Shown piece after piece: positions 1-22,788 of a stretch of 64,000 nt of DNA. The first letter of the stretch is position 1. The number at the start of each line of letters is the position of its first letter. This stretch comes from the human T2T-CHM13v2.0 reference genome, Homo sapiens. Location: NCBI RefSeq assembly GCF_009914755.1, contig NC_060935.1; one strand, written 5' to 3'. Both the position numbers and the translations under genes were made by a program. The notes beneath the pieces are model-generated. The model saw only the letters and a list, made by a program, of their open reading frames with translations, ran no database searches and was not told the DNA's origin.

Positions 1-291
1 CTTGTGACGTTGTAACTGTCTCAACATCATAGTGCAACAAATGACCTTTTCTGTATTTAGGTATGTCTAGATACATAAATACTTACCATTATGTTACAAT
101 TGCCTACAGTATTCAGGGCAATAACGTGCTATACAGATTCCTAGCCTAGGAGCAACAGGCTATACCATATAGATTAGGTGTGTGGTAGGCTATTACCATT
201 TAGGTTTGGGTAAGTATACTCTATGATGTTCACACTGTGATGAAATTGCACTACTCAGAATGTGTCCCTATTGTTAAGCAAGGCATGACTG
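1..291. mobile_element. Tigger3/MER7-type TcMar DNA transposon remnant, truncated by the window edge
   Basis: Ends in TIR-like GTTAAGCAAGGCATGACTG followed by TA; internal AGCCTAGGAGCAACAGGCTATACCATATAG is typical of Tigger3. Confidence 0.8.
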
Positions 292-769
292 TATGTGTAA
301 ATTCAAAGAAATAAATGAGTATGGGATTCTGTCCTGCTATAGGCAGGTCTGTTGGGCAGAGCTAAGAGCCCAGGACATTGAAGAAGAAATAAAGAGCAGC
401 ATGAACCACCTGTACAGAGTCTAGGGTACAGAAAGGCTGAATAAGGACCTACTGTAGGAATTCCAGAAAGTTTCCTTCTAGCAAGGATGGTCAGGCTCCC
501 TTTACCCCCACTGCCCCCAGACCTGGCTCTGTTCGCAGGAAGAACTATAACTGGTGGGTTACATGTCTGTTTCCTTGAGACCAGGGCCTGGGTCACCATC
601 CCCATCCCCCATCTGCAGTGCCCAGCAGAGGCCCACTCACTCTTTCATAATCAAGAGCTGCTTTGGGTGAGGGGGAGGGAAGGATGTCCTCATTCAGGCC
701 CTCATCATCTTGAATCTGTCTTTACTGAAACAGAAACAGCCTCTTAACAGATCGGCCCTCAGCCTTTTC

Positions 770-940
770 CCAATGCAGTCCATCCTTCACTCCTCTGCAA
801 GTCAGCCTTAACTGGGTCATTCCCCTGCTCAAAAACTTCCCACGTCTCCCCACTGTGTACAGAGTAAGAGTTCAAAACTCCTCACCCTGGGCATGGCAGG
901 CCTTGCACATTCCAGCTTCTCTCAGACAACCTTCCCTCTT
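770..940 (+). mobile_element. L2 LINE fragment
   Basis: CATTCCCCTGCTCAAAAACTTCCC...AAAACTCCTCACCCTGG resembles the L2 3' region. Confidence 0.6.
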
Positions 941-2786
941 TTCTGACACCCTGTACAAATCCCACCTCAGGAGCATCAACATATTCCGCAGGCCCAGCAG
1001 CCAGCCAGCATCTGCTTCCCGCCTTTGCTTAGCTTGCTCCTGGCTCTGTGGTCTTGTATGAGATGGGGGCTGAGGGCAGGTCTGTGCCTCGCTCATCTCT
1101 GATGTCCTCACATGGAGTGAAGGGAGATTCTGACAGGGTCATCCTGACCAAGTGAGGTGGGACAAGAGGAGGCAGGAGAAAAGCAGGCTAGAGCCTGGGG
1201 ACACACATGAAAAGCCCCCCCAGACACTATCCACACGAGAATGAATGTTCAGAAAAATTGTCTGAATCACACATACACCGTTAAGTTCAATTACTTTCTG
1301 TATTTTTGGGATGGGTGTTTAATTGCTATTAGAAAAACATGTATTTGAAAGAACTAAATAATCAATGCCTGGCAGCTCAATGGAATATGGTAGTGGCATC
1401 CCCTGGGGGATGGAAGAGTGGATTCCCAACATTGCTGCTCTGCAAATGCCCTGCCAAAAGGGGAAAGTCGCAGCCCGGCAGCCCTTCGCAGTAGCCAACA
1501 GGTGATTCCAGGGTCAGCAAGGGTCAGTTTCCATACCCGTACTCCTGTACTGCAGCAGAATGAAGCAAAGCACATCTGTTTCTGGAGGAATGAAGATGCC
1601 ACACACAGCCTGCAGTTATGAATGGCTCTTATAACAACAGGATGACATCTGTGCTTGGTTTTTAAGATGCATCATCGCATGTTTATTAAACTATTGCTCC
1701 AACATATTTATTTGGCTACAAAACAACTCCCAGCCCATACTTCCAAAAGTGGTTTATTAAAAACTAAGGCTTGAACATTAATACCCAAAAGCACCCTTGA
1801 GAATCAATAATAATGCTGCAGATAAAATGAAAGGGAATCAAAGCAGTAAGTCTTGGTGGGGTGGGCTGCTTTTCAACACTTTCTTGTATGTTCAGGAAGC
1901 TAAGGTGGGGAAGAACACCAAGGGCCTGTGGCACTGGGTGTGGAAATAGCCACCCCAACACCTGACTTCCTGTCTAACATGCAGACATGATGGCAAGGAA
2001 GGGGGGTGTCCTATGGCCACCTAGCTCTATATAAATGGCCAAGAGAGGCCAAGGTTAGGCCCAGTGGGGGGCATAGTTTCAACAAGAATAAGACCTCTGC
2101 CCTTAACCAACAGCCCTGTAACTGATGCCCCATGCTGGCCCCAGTCTGAGCATCCATCCTGGACACAGACTCTGCCCTATACCTGGCACTGGGCTGAGCC
2201 GAGTTGAATCTTGCCCTTGCCAAATAATAAGCCTCAAATTCAACCTGCCAGTGGTCACTGGAGACTAGCTGAGCCAGTGAAGCTACAGAAATGCAGTCTG
2301 TCCCCGGGCAAAGCCAGGTATGGGCCCCTGGCCCTGCAGGCAGGCATTTCTAGCCCCAGACCTTCTGGCAGATGGTCTCTTCCAGCTCTGTCCCAAATCC
2401 CCAAGCCTTTCCATAGATGCCGACCTGCAACCTGTCCAGGCAGCAAGCAGTAATACATGGCCATTCCCAAAGAAATGAGCACAAATCAGAAGATTCAGAG
2501 AAGAACCCAAAGGATATGGGGGCTGAAGGGAGTCCAAACCAACCCAGTGAAGAACAAAATAGCTGAAGGATCCAGGGATGTTTGGGAGCTGACTCCCTAC
2601 CGAAAATATCCAAGGGGTGATCTGGGTAAAGGAAGCCCAGGTGACTCTGTGACTACAGAGATGTCACAGGGGACAGTTCCCAGCTTAGGGTAAGGATTTC
2701 CTCCAAAGCAAAGTCATCACACGAGAAGAGGCTCGCCCTGCTCAGCCTCTCCTGTAGGGGAGAGCAAGGCCTGGGGTTCAACTCAC

Positions 2787-2838
2787 CTGCTGACTTCTTG
2801 CATATTGTTGGCACGGGCAGCTTCCAACAGGGCTGCAT
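2787..2838 (-). CDS. CLPB: CLPB exon 2 (52 nt), (D)AALLEAARANNMQEVS(R), start of the ankyrin-repeat region
   Basis: Minus strand: ctttctcttcag|ATGCAGCCCTG...GTCAGCAG|gtgagt. Phase fits exon 1 (G+AT = Asp135) and the peptide matches human CLPB as recalled. Confidence 0.97.
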
Positions 2839-3853
2839 CTGAAGAGAAAGGGGGCACTGGTCAGATCCGCGGCCAGGACATACCCATCTCAGGACTGCGT
2901 GGAGGGCCCACTAAGACAGTGGCAGTACTTTAGAAACGTGGACTTTGACAAGCAAACTGATGTCACAATATATAATGAGAAACGAATCATTCCCTCCCCA
3001 CATGGTGTCCACTGTTAACAACCTGACTTCCACACCTTTCTACTACAGAGCCCAAACTCTTCACTCCTCTCATCATAGAGGGAATGCAGGTCAACTGCTA
3101 GCACCACGTCTTGCCTATGGTAAATAATGTGCTCTTCATAATCTATGAAGCTCTGCATATGCTTTATGTTCCTATAAGAGTTATTACTAAAGATTCCCTG
3201 ATCTTGTCCACTTTCTCCCTCAACTCCAGTTCTTCAACCCAGTTCTGAATCTTGATGTCAAGTCATAAACCCAAAAGGAAAGGTAGAATGGAGAGGAGCA
3301 AGCAGGGTGTAGGCCTCTCTGAGGATGGAGAGGTCTCAACTAGGAGTCTTTGAGATCTAGCTCCATTCCACTCCCACTACTCACCACGTGACCATGACAG
3401 CTCCTCTCTCTCTCAACCACAGCTTTCCTGACTGTAAAACATAGACAAAACTCCTTGCCCTGCCAGCTTCACAAGGATGTCAAGGAGATGAAATGACAGT
3501 TGAGACGTCTGCAAACTCCCCAGTGCTGAGCCCAGGGAAGGGAGACCCAAAGCAGAGGAGACACTAAGCCTAGGAGAAAAGCAACGCTAGCTAAGTGCGT
3601 CTGGCCTGGTCTGGGCAGCCTGCAGGCTGTTGCCACCACCTTGTGGCCATAAAGAAAATTGGACTGACTCAGAAAAACTCAAAAGTCAACAGGAGAGGCA
3701 CAATCTTTTCAAATAGCTCAATACCAGGTACATGGAGCCCTCTGTGCCCAGCCTGGTTCTGAGCTACACTGCTGGGCAGTGGGCGGATTCATAGCCAGCC
3801 CTGACTCAGGGAACTCTCAGTCCAGCCAAAAGACTCACTCATGAGCAAATGCA

Positions 3854-3990
3854 CTGGAGTAGAGTGAAAGAGCAGGATCTGGAGACAGTCAGACCTGGGG
3901 TCTAGCCCAGCTCTGTCGCTTATTTGCTGTATAACCTAGCCCACCTATCTAACCTCCTGAGCCTTAGTTTCCTTATCTGTACAATACACC
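3854..3990 (+). mobile_element. MIR SINE
   Basis: Core AACCTCCTGAGCCTTAGTTTCCTTATCTGTA. Confidence 0.75.
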
Positions 3991-5149
3991 TTATCATGCA
4001 TATGAAAGCCAGTCCTGTGGTTCAGACATTGATGCCTCCTGGCCTAGATTCCAGGGACAGGTCCTTTCTACTTACCTTACCGGATGTACCTAAAGCACAT
4101 ACCCAAGCATGGCTCAGACAGCCACCAGCTGGGAGGGGATCAAGCCTTCCTTAGAGATGGCTATATCCACTCTCCCTTCACTCTGCAGAAAAAAATGTGG
4201 CTTCTACAAGGTTACAGAGTGAGGAATGAGCTAAGAACCAGGGCCTCCTGGCTTCTAAAAGGGTTCAGTTTCTACCACACTGCACTGAGGGTCAAAACTC
4301 TAAGTCAGGGGACAGGGTAGCTGGCAAGTCAGTTCCAGCAGGAACTGGTCACGGCTTTGACCATTATCTATTTTGGTAAATAGACCCTGGTATTCTTGCT
4401 GGAGTTCATAGGCCATAAAGTCCAGTTGGGAACCCCCAGGAACTTCTTAGGCAAGACCTCACCAAATACACTGGACTCAGAACATTCCCTGCTCATGAAC
4501 CTTCCATAACTCTCCACTGCCTACAGAAGAAATTCCAACACCCTCACCTACCCCACCCCTGACTGGCATCCAGGCCCCACTCCATCTGCTCTCATCTAAT
4601 TCCAAAGACCTTATCCTCCAACCAAGCTGGCTGCTCTGCTGGCCCCTGCACACACCATGGTGCCCCGAAACTGTTATTTCCATTCCCTGAAGCCTTTGCA
4701 TGGAATATAATCCAACTCTCACACATTTACTGAGCACCTACTAAGTTCCAGACACTGTGGTGGGCAAATGATGTCTAGGTATTCGGGAAAGTTGCTAGTA
4801 TAACCTGAAAAAACAAAAGAGAAGATACATTTCCTGCTCTCATGGGGCTCAAAAGATCACTCCCCTTTCCGTTTCTACTTCATCCTTCAGAACTCAAGTT
4901 CAAATTTCCCATCCTCTGGGGTCTCCAATACTCCAGAAAGGCTTTCCTGACCCTACTGGCCCTCTGATCCCCCAACGACACATAGCACCACTCACCAGCC
5001 CTACATTCCAACTGCCTGCACTGTCCCCTTGACTGATTTTGTGTTAAGTTAGGACTTCCCACACACCTAGCCTAAAACTAGACACACAGTGGGTACCCCC
5101 AAAAATGCTGGAAGTTATAGGATTACAACATGCCTAAGCTCGATGCCCT

Positions 5150-5295
5150 TAGTGTCTATTTCAAAACCCTCATTTTGTAGATGAGGAAACAGAGGACCCG
5201 TGAGGAGAAGCAAAAGTCCAAATTCACAATGAGAGTTAGACACAGAACCAAAACAAGATCCCCAGTGTTGTCTCTCCCAGACCAAAGTCCTTCCT
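5150..5295 (-). mobile_element. MIR SINE
   Basis: CATTTTGTAGATGAGGAAACAGAGG core. Confidence 0.7.
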
Positions 5296-5752
5296 TTACA
5301 ATTGGCCACATCAAACGAATCAAAGTCAAGGCACTCCCTACTCCCCAACTCTTGCTCCAAATTCTCAGAGCTTGGGGTGCATGGAATCTATGGACACCAT
5401 GCCTCAGTCTTTCTTCTTGAGGAACAACTAAGAACCTGAATGGCTGGACTCACATAGGTCATCAGTCTGGCTCTCTGTCCACTCTCTCAGCTGCTGCTTA
5501 GCTCCCCGGATCCAAATGAGATGCTAATCGGGATCAGCCAGTCCCCCAGCAGTTGCCCTTGGGCCTCCAGGAATCCACCTTCCTTCTCCTGCCAACTATC
5601 CCACATGGCAAGATCACCTCACAGCATGTGAGACCAGACACAGCAAAATCCTGAGACTGACAGACTCAGGCCGCTGAACTCCAAAAAGAGTCAAAATAAC
5701 AGTACTGTAAAAATGTTGGGAAACTATCCTTCACTATATAAATAAAGAAATT

Positions 5753-6094
<342 letters not shown>

Positions 6095-6526
6095 TCAGGT
6101 TGTTCCTGACTCTGGCACCTTTGGTGGCGGGGGGTAGGGGGGAGCGGTTTGGCAACTTCTCTAAACCATCTGGCGGTTGCCCTTAAAACACCCCATAATT
6201 TCCGTTTCCTGGAGATCTCAGGAAAGAGGAATTGGACCAGGCAGAATATGAGAAACATAAGGGTACCATGCTATAATATTAGATGTTTAGTCCAATATCC
6301 CCATTGTACAGATGGATAAAATGATGCCCAGAGAGGGGAAGCGGATCTATGGTACGAGATTATACAACTCCGAGGTGATGAGGTCTCTAGGGCAACACCC
6401 TGCCCCTGTAACCAGATGATGTCTGAGTCCCTCCAAGACTTAGGCTCTAAGGATCTAAACCTATAAGTACCTCCCACCCTCCTAAGATACGAAGTTAGGA
6501 CAATCTTCCCGCCTCTCCCTTCCTCA

Positions 6527-7057
<531 letters not shown>

Positions 7058-7064
7058 CTACCTC

Positions 7065-7200
7065 ACGGGAGAGGTAGTCCACAGCCCTAAGCCTTTCCCC
7101 AGCTGGAGAATAAATAAACTACGTTTCCCAGAAGGCTGTGGGATTGCGTCACAATGACTGCGGGATTATAGAAGCCCGGGGCATATTGGGAAATAGAGTT
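7065..7200. promoter_or_regulatory. Cluster of ZNF143/THAP11-type ACTACnnnTCCC motifs plus a TTGCGTCA CRE/CEBP-ATF site
   Basis: AACTACGTTTCCCAGAAGGC (+, 7117-7136); AACTCTATTTCCCAATATGC (-, 7181-7200); GACTACCTCTCCCG (-, ~7066-7079); TTGCGTCA 7144-7151. Confidence 0.7.
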
Positions 7201-7230
7201 CGGGTGAAGGGGCGTGGCGATTAGAGTTAA

Positions 7231-9926
<2,696 letters not shown>

Positions 9927-10376
9927 TTGAATAACTATTTTTAAATCATTTTTAAAGCACTCAATAATGAAAGCATTTTGACCTTTCTGTTTTGAGAGAT
10001 TTTCAGCACATATTATTTTGTTAACCACCCCATTCACTATAGCAACTTCACCTTCCCTGTATTCTTGAAACATTTCTGTCTCCCAACTTAGGGTGGTCAC
10101 AGCAGGAAGAGCAGTCTCCGAAAGCTCCCATTACCAGATGCAGAGTTCAAACCCTCTCACTGCAGACACATCCCAGGGCCCTTCAGTTTACTTAGCAATG
10201 CATAATTTTCAAAGCACTTCCCCATTGATTTTCTTATTTTATTTTCACAGATACCATCTGCGAGGGGTTCAAGGAAGGGTTTAATTACTATCAGTATTTG
10301 GTAGGGATACTGAAAAGCTTAAATTATCAATCTCTGAGTGGGGGATGTAGTGAGGAAGTATGGAAACACCCATTAG

Positions 10377-15206
<4,830 letters not shown>

Positions 15207-16089
15207 GAATTCACTTTCTGCTGATCCTGCTGCATATTGCCATAGCACTGTCTTCAGGTCCACTCTTCTACAATTCTTCTTTGGAATAACTAAGACAAAA
15301 TGATTTATTATTAATAATAACAGGAAGTTTTATTAAGTATTTTCTATGTTCCAGCCACTGTGCTGAGTAAGTGAACCACATCAATTATCTATATAAATGA
15401 TCAGGTAAGTTTCTCCCAGGTTTGGTAGGCATGTTTTCCATGTGATCTCTCCAGTCAATGAAGGCACAATCCCTCAGTGATAGCAGGTAAACCACATCTG
15501 AGAAATCTTGGAGAAACTCATCTAAGCATTTTTCAAAAATAGAAGTTAACAGCTACTGAATATTGAGCATGTATTCTGAGTCTGGCATTGTGCTAATAAG
15601 CACTTTACATGAATAAACTCAATCCCTACATTAACACAAGTTAGAGACTAGTAGCATCACAGGCTTATGTTGAGTCAGAGCCCAAAGTCTTAGCCATTAC
15701 ACAACTTTTCCTAACGAAGGAACTTGTGTGTGTGTGTGTGTGTATGTGTGTGTGTAAAGTCTTCTGCATTACTTTTTCTCAAAAATATTGAACACTTTCC
15801 TTATTCACAAATAGAAGATAGTAAATACAATTTAATCTTTTCCTGATAAAGGTTATTGCTATCCTGATTTTTGTATCACATGATAGATGTAGAACTCTTA
15901 AGCACTAACTCAAATCATGCTCTGAAAATAAACAAATCTCTTAATTGCCTCCTTTTCTTGTCATCTGTTTCTTTCCCATAGAATCAAAGTGTAGCATGTG
16001 GCCTCTGGGCAGGGTAATATGTCCTCTTATTACATTAAAGATGAGAATTTAGTTTGTGATAAATCTGGCACTTTACGTAAGTGGGGAAA

Positions 16090-18950
16090 ATATTAATTAT
16101 TTAATAAACAGTGTTGGGACAACTAGGTGGCCAACTGGGGAAAAAATAAATTAGATTTGTCTCACCCCTTCACCAAAATAAATGCCAACTGAATCAAAAG
16201 ACTTAAATGTGAAAAAGAAACAATAAACATGCCAGTAAGAAAGCATGAAGTGATTTTTCAAAATAACTTTGGAGTAGGGAAGCTTTCTAAGCACGACACA
16301 AAATTCAGACCCACAATAGCAAAGACTGATGTATTTGACTCTACAAGTAATTATTCTGATTGAAAAATACCATGAACAGTAAAAAATGTAAATGATAATC
16401 TCGGAAGAATATATTCACACCACAATGATGGAGGGTTAAGTAATACAGAGAACTCTTATAAAATATGAAAAAGACCTACAATGCAGTAAGTGAACAAAGA
16501 CAATGCCTCTGCTAGCTTATGCAGTGCCTCTGGGAAAAGTAAAGAAAGCAGCCATCTCAGGATGAATTAGAAAAAGGGGCCCCTAAGCAGTGTACATGTC
16601 CCAGGGAGCAGCATGCTGCCAGACTGCAGCCTCCACTTCTCCTATTGGTTTAGGCTTTTGAGTGGCACACGAACTGCATATCCAAACACAGCTGCCTGGG
16701 CAAAGGACTTGACCAAAGACCTCATGAGAAATGAAATATAAATCATATTTAAATATATGAAAATATGCTCAATACACCCATGACAAGAAACATACAAATT
16801 AAAACTATAGTGATCCATATCTTACAGCATATACAAAAATGAACTCAAAATGAATTATTGTCCTAAATGTAAAACCTAAGACTCCAAAATTTCTTGAAGA
16901 AAACATAGGAGAAAATCTTTGTGGCTTTGGATAAAGCAGATTTCTTAGATACAACATGAAAAACACAATGCATAAAAGAAAAAAAAAAAGATCAATTTGA
17001 CTTCATCAACATTAGGAACTTTTGCTCCTCAAAAGCCACTGTTAAGAGAATGGATAAGCTGCAGAGTGGAGAAAATATTTGTAATTATACATCCAGTAAG
17101 GAACTTACATCAGAATATGAAAAGAATTCTCAAAACTCAATGATAAGAAAACCACCCAATTTTTATGTTGGAAAAAAGATTTGGAGAGATAACTTCTTAC
17201 TGTCAAATAAGAACGCTAAAAAACACCCTCAATATCATTGCTCTTTAGAGAAATAAAAATTAAAACCATGAATTATATATGTATTAAAATGTCTAAGATT
17301 AAAAAGACTGGCCGTACCACATGACGATGTGGAGCAACTGGAACTCTCATATACTGCTGAAGGGGAATGTGAAATGGTACAACCACTTTTGAAAACAATT
17401 TGGCAGTTTCTTTAGAGGTTAAACAAGCATGTACCATATGATCCAGTCATTCCAACTTTTAGATTTATTATCCAAGGAAAACAAAAACATATGCTCACAC
17501 AAAGACTTGTACATGAATGTTCATAGCAACTTTGTAAAAGCTACAAACTAAAAATATTACCAAAACACCAGGGGTTTGGTCTAGGTCCAGGGAGGGTCCT
17601 GCTTCTTCCATATACTAGAGGTTTGGTCTAGGTCAAGGGTTTGGTCTAGGTCAGGGGTGTGGCTTAGGTCAGGCCTGCTGCTCCCCTTTCTTGGTGCTAC
17701 AGCCTAGAAGATGGGAGCTCAGTCTCAAATCCATCTCCCTGACTGATTAAAACTAGGGGTTTATACATCAGGGAAGAAATGTAACAATGTGTAAAAAAAC
17801 AGGAACTAGGGAGGGGCAAAGGAAGCAATCATAATGAATGAGGGGTTGTCATCTGGTGCTGTGATCCATTGAGTTTCAGTTCTTTGATACTTTTTCCAGA
17901 GGCCTGAAGGTTGTTTCCTGAGGAAGGAACTCAGATAAAACAAATATAAATTTCAAGCTTTAAGATCAGGAGGGTCAATTTCTATGTTTATCAAAAAGAA
18001 CCATCTTTGGGACTATTGGATTGGTTTCAAAAACAACCTAAACTTCTATCAATACATAAAAAGATAAACAAATTGTGGTATATCCATACAATGGAGTGTG
18101 ACTCAGCAATAAAAAGGAACTATTGATATGCACAATGACATGGATGAACCTCAAGATATTAATGCTGAATGAAGCAAGTCAGTTCTACAAATAAATAAGC
18201 AAGCAAGCAAACACAGACTACACATTGTATTATCCAATTTTATAAGATTCTAGAAAATAAAAGCAAATACTGTATATAGTAACATAAAGCAGAACAGTGA
18301 TTGCATGGGGATGATAGGATTACAGGGGTAGTGGGAGGAAGGGTTTACAAAGGGGCACAAGAAACTTTTGGAAGTGATGGATATAGTCATCTTGATTGTG
18401 GTGATGGTTTCAGAGGGGTACATATGTCAAAATTCATCAAATTTACACTTTAAACGTGAAATTTACTGTATGTCAGTTATACTTCAATAAAGCTGTTTCA
18501 AAAAGCTATAATGAGATATAGTTCACCTCAGACTGGCATATATACTGCATGTATTATTACGTATTATATATGTGTGTATATATATATATATAAAAAACTG
18601 TGTGGCAAGTTTGTAAAGAAAAAACACTCATTGTTGCTGGAAATGTAAATAGGTACAACTTCAATGGAGGGCTAATTGATAATATCAAAATATTGGAATT
18701 TAAAATCTAGATATACTTGCAGGTGTATAAAATGAGGAATGGTTTGAGATATTTGTAAGAGAAAGAGATGAGAAGCCATCTGAATGTCCATCACTGGGAC
18801 ATTGGTCAAATACATTAAAGCTAAACAATGGAATATTTTTTTAAACAGGGTAACACTGTTTTAATATGGAATGCACCGAGATATTTTAGGTACAAAAAAG
18901 TTCAAGGCGCAGAACAGTTGTATACAACCACTGGTGTTATTTGAAATATA
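16090..18950 (+). mobile_element. Nested old L1M ORF2/3' fragments
   Basis: ATACAAAAATGAACTCAAAATG, GGAACTCTCATATACTGCTG and CATACAATGGAGTG motifs. Confidence 0.8.
17554..18029 (-). mobile_element. ERV1/MER4-group solo LTR inserted in L1M, 4-bp AAAA TSD
   Basis: Minus-strand start TGAAACCAATCCAATAGTCCC; end CCTAGACCAAACCCCTGGTGTTTTGGTAATA; L1 sequence resumes on both sides. Confidence 0.7.
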
Positions 18951-18959
18951 TATCTACTT

Positions 18960-19279
<320 letters not shown>

Positions 19280-19769
19280 AAATATACATCTACTTATGTG
19301 GTTTTATACCTAGGATATCCCTAGAAGGATATCCATCCCATGTGTATAATAAAAATTGTTGCCCATGGGTTGGGCAAAGTGGGGCTGGAGGAAAAGGGAC
19401 AGAAGTAGGGAGGGAAGAAGAGTTTACTTTCCACTGTATACTTGAATTCTGTTCTATATGTACATATTACATATTCAATCCAATCAACCAATCCCTATTA
19501 TTTCTATATCAATATTAACTTTAAACTACTTCTGCCATCAGGTAGAGGGAGTGCTTTTAATTTCATCCAGACTGCCACATTTTTTCTCAAGTAGAGACAC
19601 TGACATCTTGTGGGCTTTTGGGATAATGCAGTGAAATAGCATTAAAATCAGCATATTCACCATTCCATTCCATTCCACTCCACTCCATTCTTCTCAACAA
19701 ATTATTTGGCATTCAATGCCTATGCTGGGCTTTTGTCCAACTCTCTAAAGCTTACAAAGTTTCAATAAT

Positions 19770-20230
19770 ATTCAGCCTCATTTATTGAGCACCTGTAAGG
19801 CATGGGTTACTGAAACTGTAGTCATGAAGAAGCCATGGAGCTCTGGAGGGGCATGCAGACAATAGGCCATGTCAGCAGAGAGTGGTGAGTGCCACGATTG
19901 AGATAATTCTGGTGTCCCTGGGAGCACATAGCAAGCCGAGTGGTCAGAGAAGGCTTCCTGAAGGAAGTGACATCTAAGCTGAGCTCTGCAGGAGGAGCTA
20001 GAATTGACCAGACGAAAGGGATTACAGTAGCTGATGTAGGGTGGGGCACTTGGAGAATAGGGTCACTGTAGGTAAAGGGAACCCTACGGGCAAATGAGCA
20101 GAGGCAAGAGTGCAATTCTTTTTTTTTTTTTTTTTTTTTTTGGCAATGCATGTTTGAGGAACTGAGTGTTCAGTGTGGATTAAGTGTAGAGTGGGAGGGG
20201 CTAAGAGGGGATAATGAGGCTGAACCAGAG
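19770..20230 (-). mobile_element. L2 fragment
   Basis: ATTTATTGAGCACCT and GGTCAGAGAAGGCTTCCTGAAGGAAGTGACATCT. Confidence 0.7.
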
Positions 20231-20901
20231 GGGTTAAGTAACTTACTAGGTTCTCCCAGCAAGTACTTAGTGCACCAAGAATTTGAACCCAGGGCTAAAT
20301 GACTTAACCATTTTCTCTTATACCCATCATGAAGACTTTGCTCCACGAGCCTTTACTAGACCCCATGCCTACTGCCACTCTGCTTCTTCCAACTGGGCAC
20401 AAAGCTTAGCCAACTGCTTTCCCTCTCTTGCTCCTTATTTCCCTCTCCTTCCTTCCTTCCACATTGCTTGTTTTCTGCAGCCTTGGTGCTAGGGAGAAGA
20501 CAGAGAAGGCACTTTGGGTCAGGAGGTGATAATTCAGATCTCAGAGGAACTGTCCACTCTGCTCATGTTGATAGATAAAGCTGATAGATGAAAATGATTC
20601 CTGCATCAGAGCCTCTCTCCGTCTCTCCAGCTTAGTAGAGCAGGGTGGGGCCTGGGGTGGGGATGGTGGATGAGCCCTGGCATTGAAAGCTGCGTCTCTC
20701 GGTAGTAGCCCTCTGTCTGTTCATGGGCAAATAAATGTGTGTACGTGTTTACTGAGTGCTTACTATGAGCAAGACTCTGCTTTTGCTGCTTATGCTACAT
20801 TAATTCCAACAACAATCCTATGAGGAAGAGATTCTCTCCACTTTACAGATTCAAAAAACCCAAAATGGAGCAGCCTTGCTAGTGAAGTATGCAGCATGTC
20901 A

Positions 20902-20918
20902 GTCTCAAAAAAAAAAAA

Positions 20919-20983
<65 letters not shown>
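20902..20983 (+). repeat. A-run plus (TA)~32 microsatellite, probably the tail of an extremely truncated Alu inside a MIR
   Basis: GTCTC-A(n)-(TA)n; MIR core resumes at AAAGGTTAAGTAATTTGGCC. Confidence 0.8.
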
Positions 20984-20986
<3 letters not shown>

Positions 20987-21687
20987 GTTAAGTAATTTGG
21001 CCAGGGTCACCTAGCTTGTAAATGGCAAAAATGGGGCTCAAATGGTCTGAATCCAAAGCCCAGACTGTTTACCACTACAAAATCCCAGCTCCTAGGAAAA
21101 AACAAAGATCCACATGTGATAGATATCCTTGAAGTTTGCCTAAGGTATGGAGGAAGAGAAGAATTGAAAGTATAGTCAACACAGTGCTGAGCCAATATGA
21201 TACATTCTGAGCTGTGATGTGTGCGAGGGTGCACTCTCACATAACTGAACCAAAGGCACAAACAAATGAAAGGGAGGAAGGAAAACTCCAGGCAGGAAGG
21301 AATTCCCAGATGCTCAGCTGCACAGATGGCTCTTCCTTGAGAGCTAATGGGATGACCACCATCACTCCTTTTCCAAGCTTGAAGGCTCCCAGTCTTTCTA
21401 ACTGGACAGGCATAAGACAAACTCTTTTTTCTTCTTCATTCATCTGAGATATTGGACAGCCTTCAAATATAACCTTACTAGAATGCTGACAAAATAACAA
21501 AACCTTAAAAAGCAAAGGGACAAGTGTAATTCTAGAGCACATATTTTTGATAGAACGGCGAGTGAGTGAATTCTGGCCATAGATGTGCTGGCTGGGCCCT
21601 CTGGTGGGCAATGAAACTTCTACTCTTTCCTTTCCCTCCACCCCATATCTGTTTTGCTTGGATGATGGAGCAAGCTACTTTGTCTCC

Positions 21688-22788
<1,101 letters not shown>

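Noticed and set aside
17571-17675. CRISPR-like spaced repeats
   Set aside because: Eukaryotic LTR slippage; no regular unique spacers and no cas genes
19661-19690. (CATTC)n resembling HSAT2/3
   Set aside because: Only six units; a simple repeat
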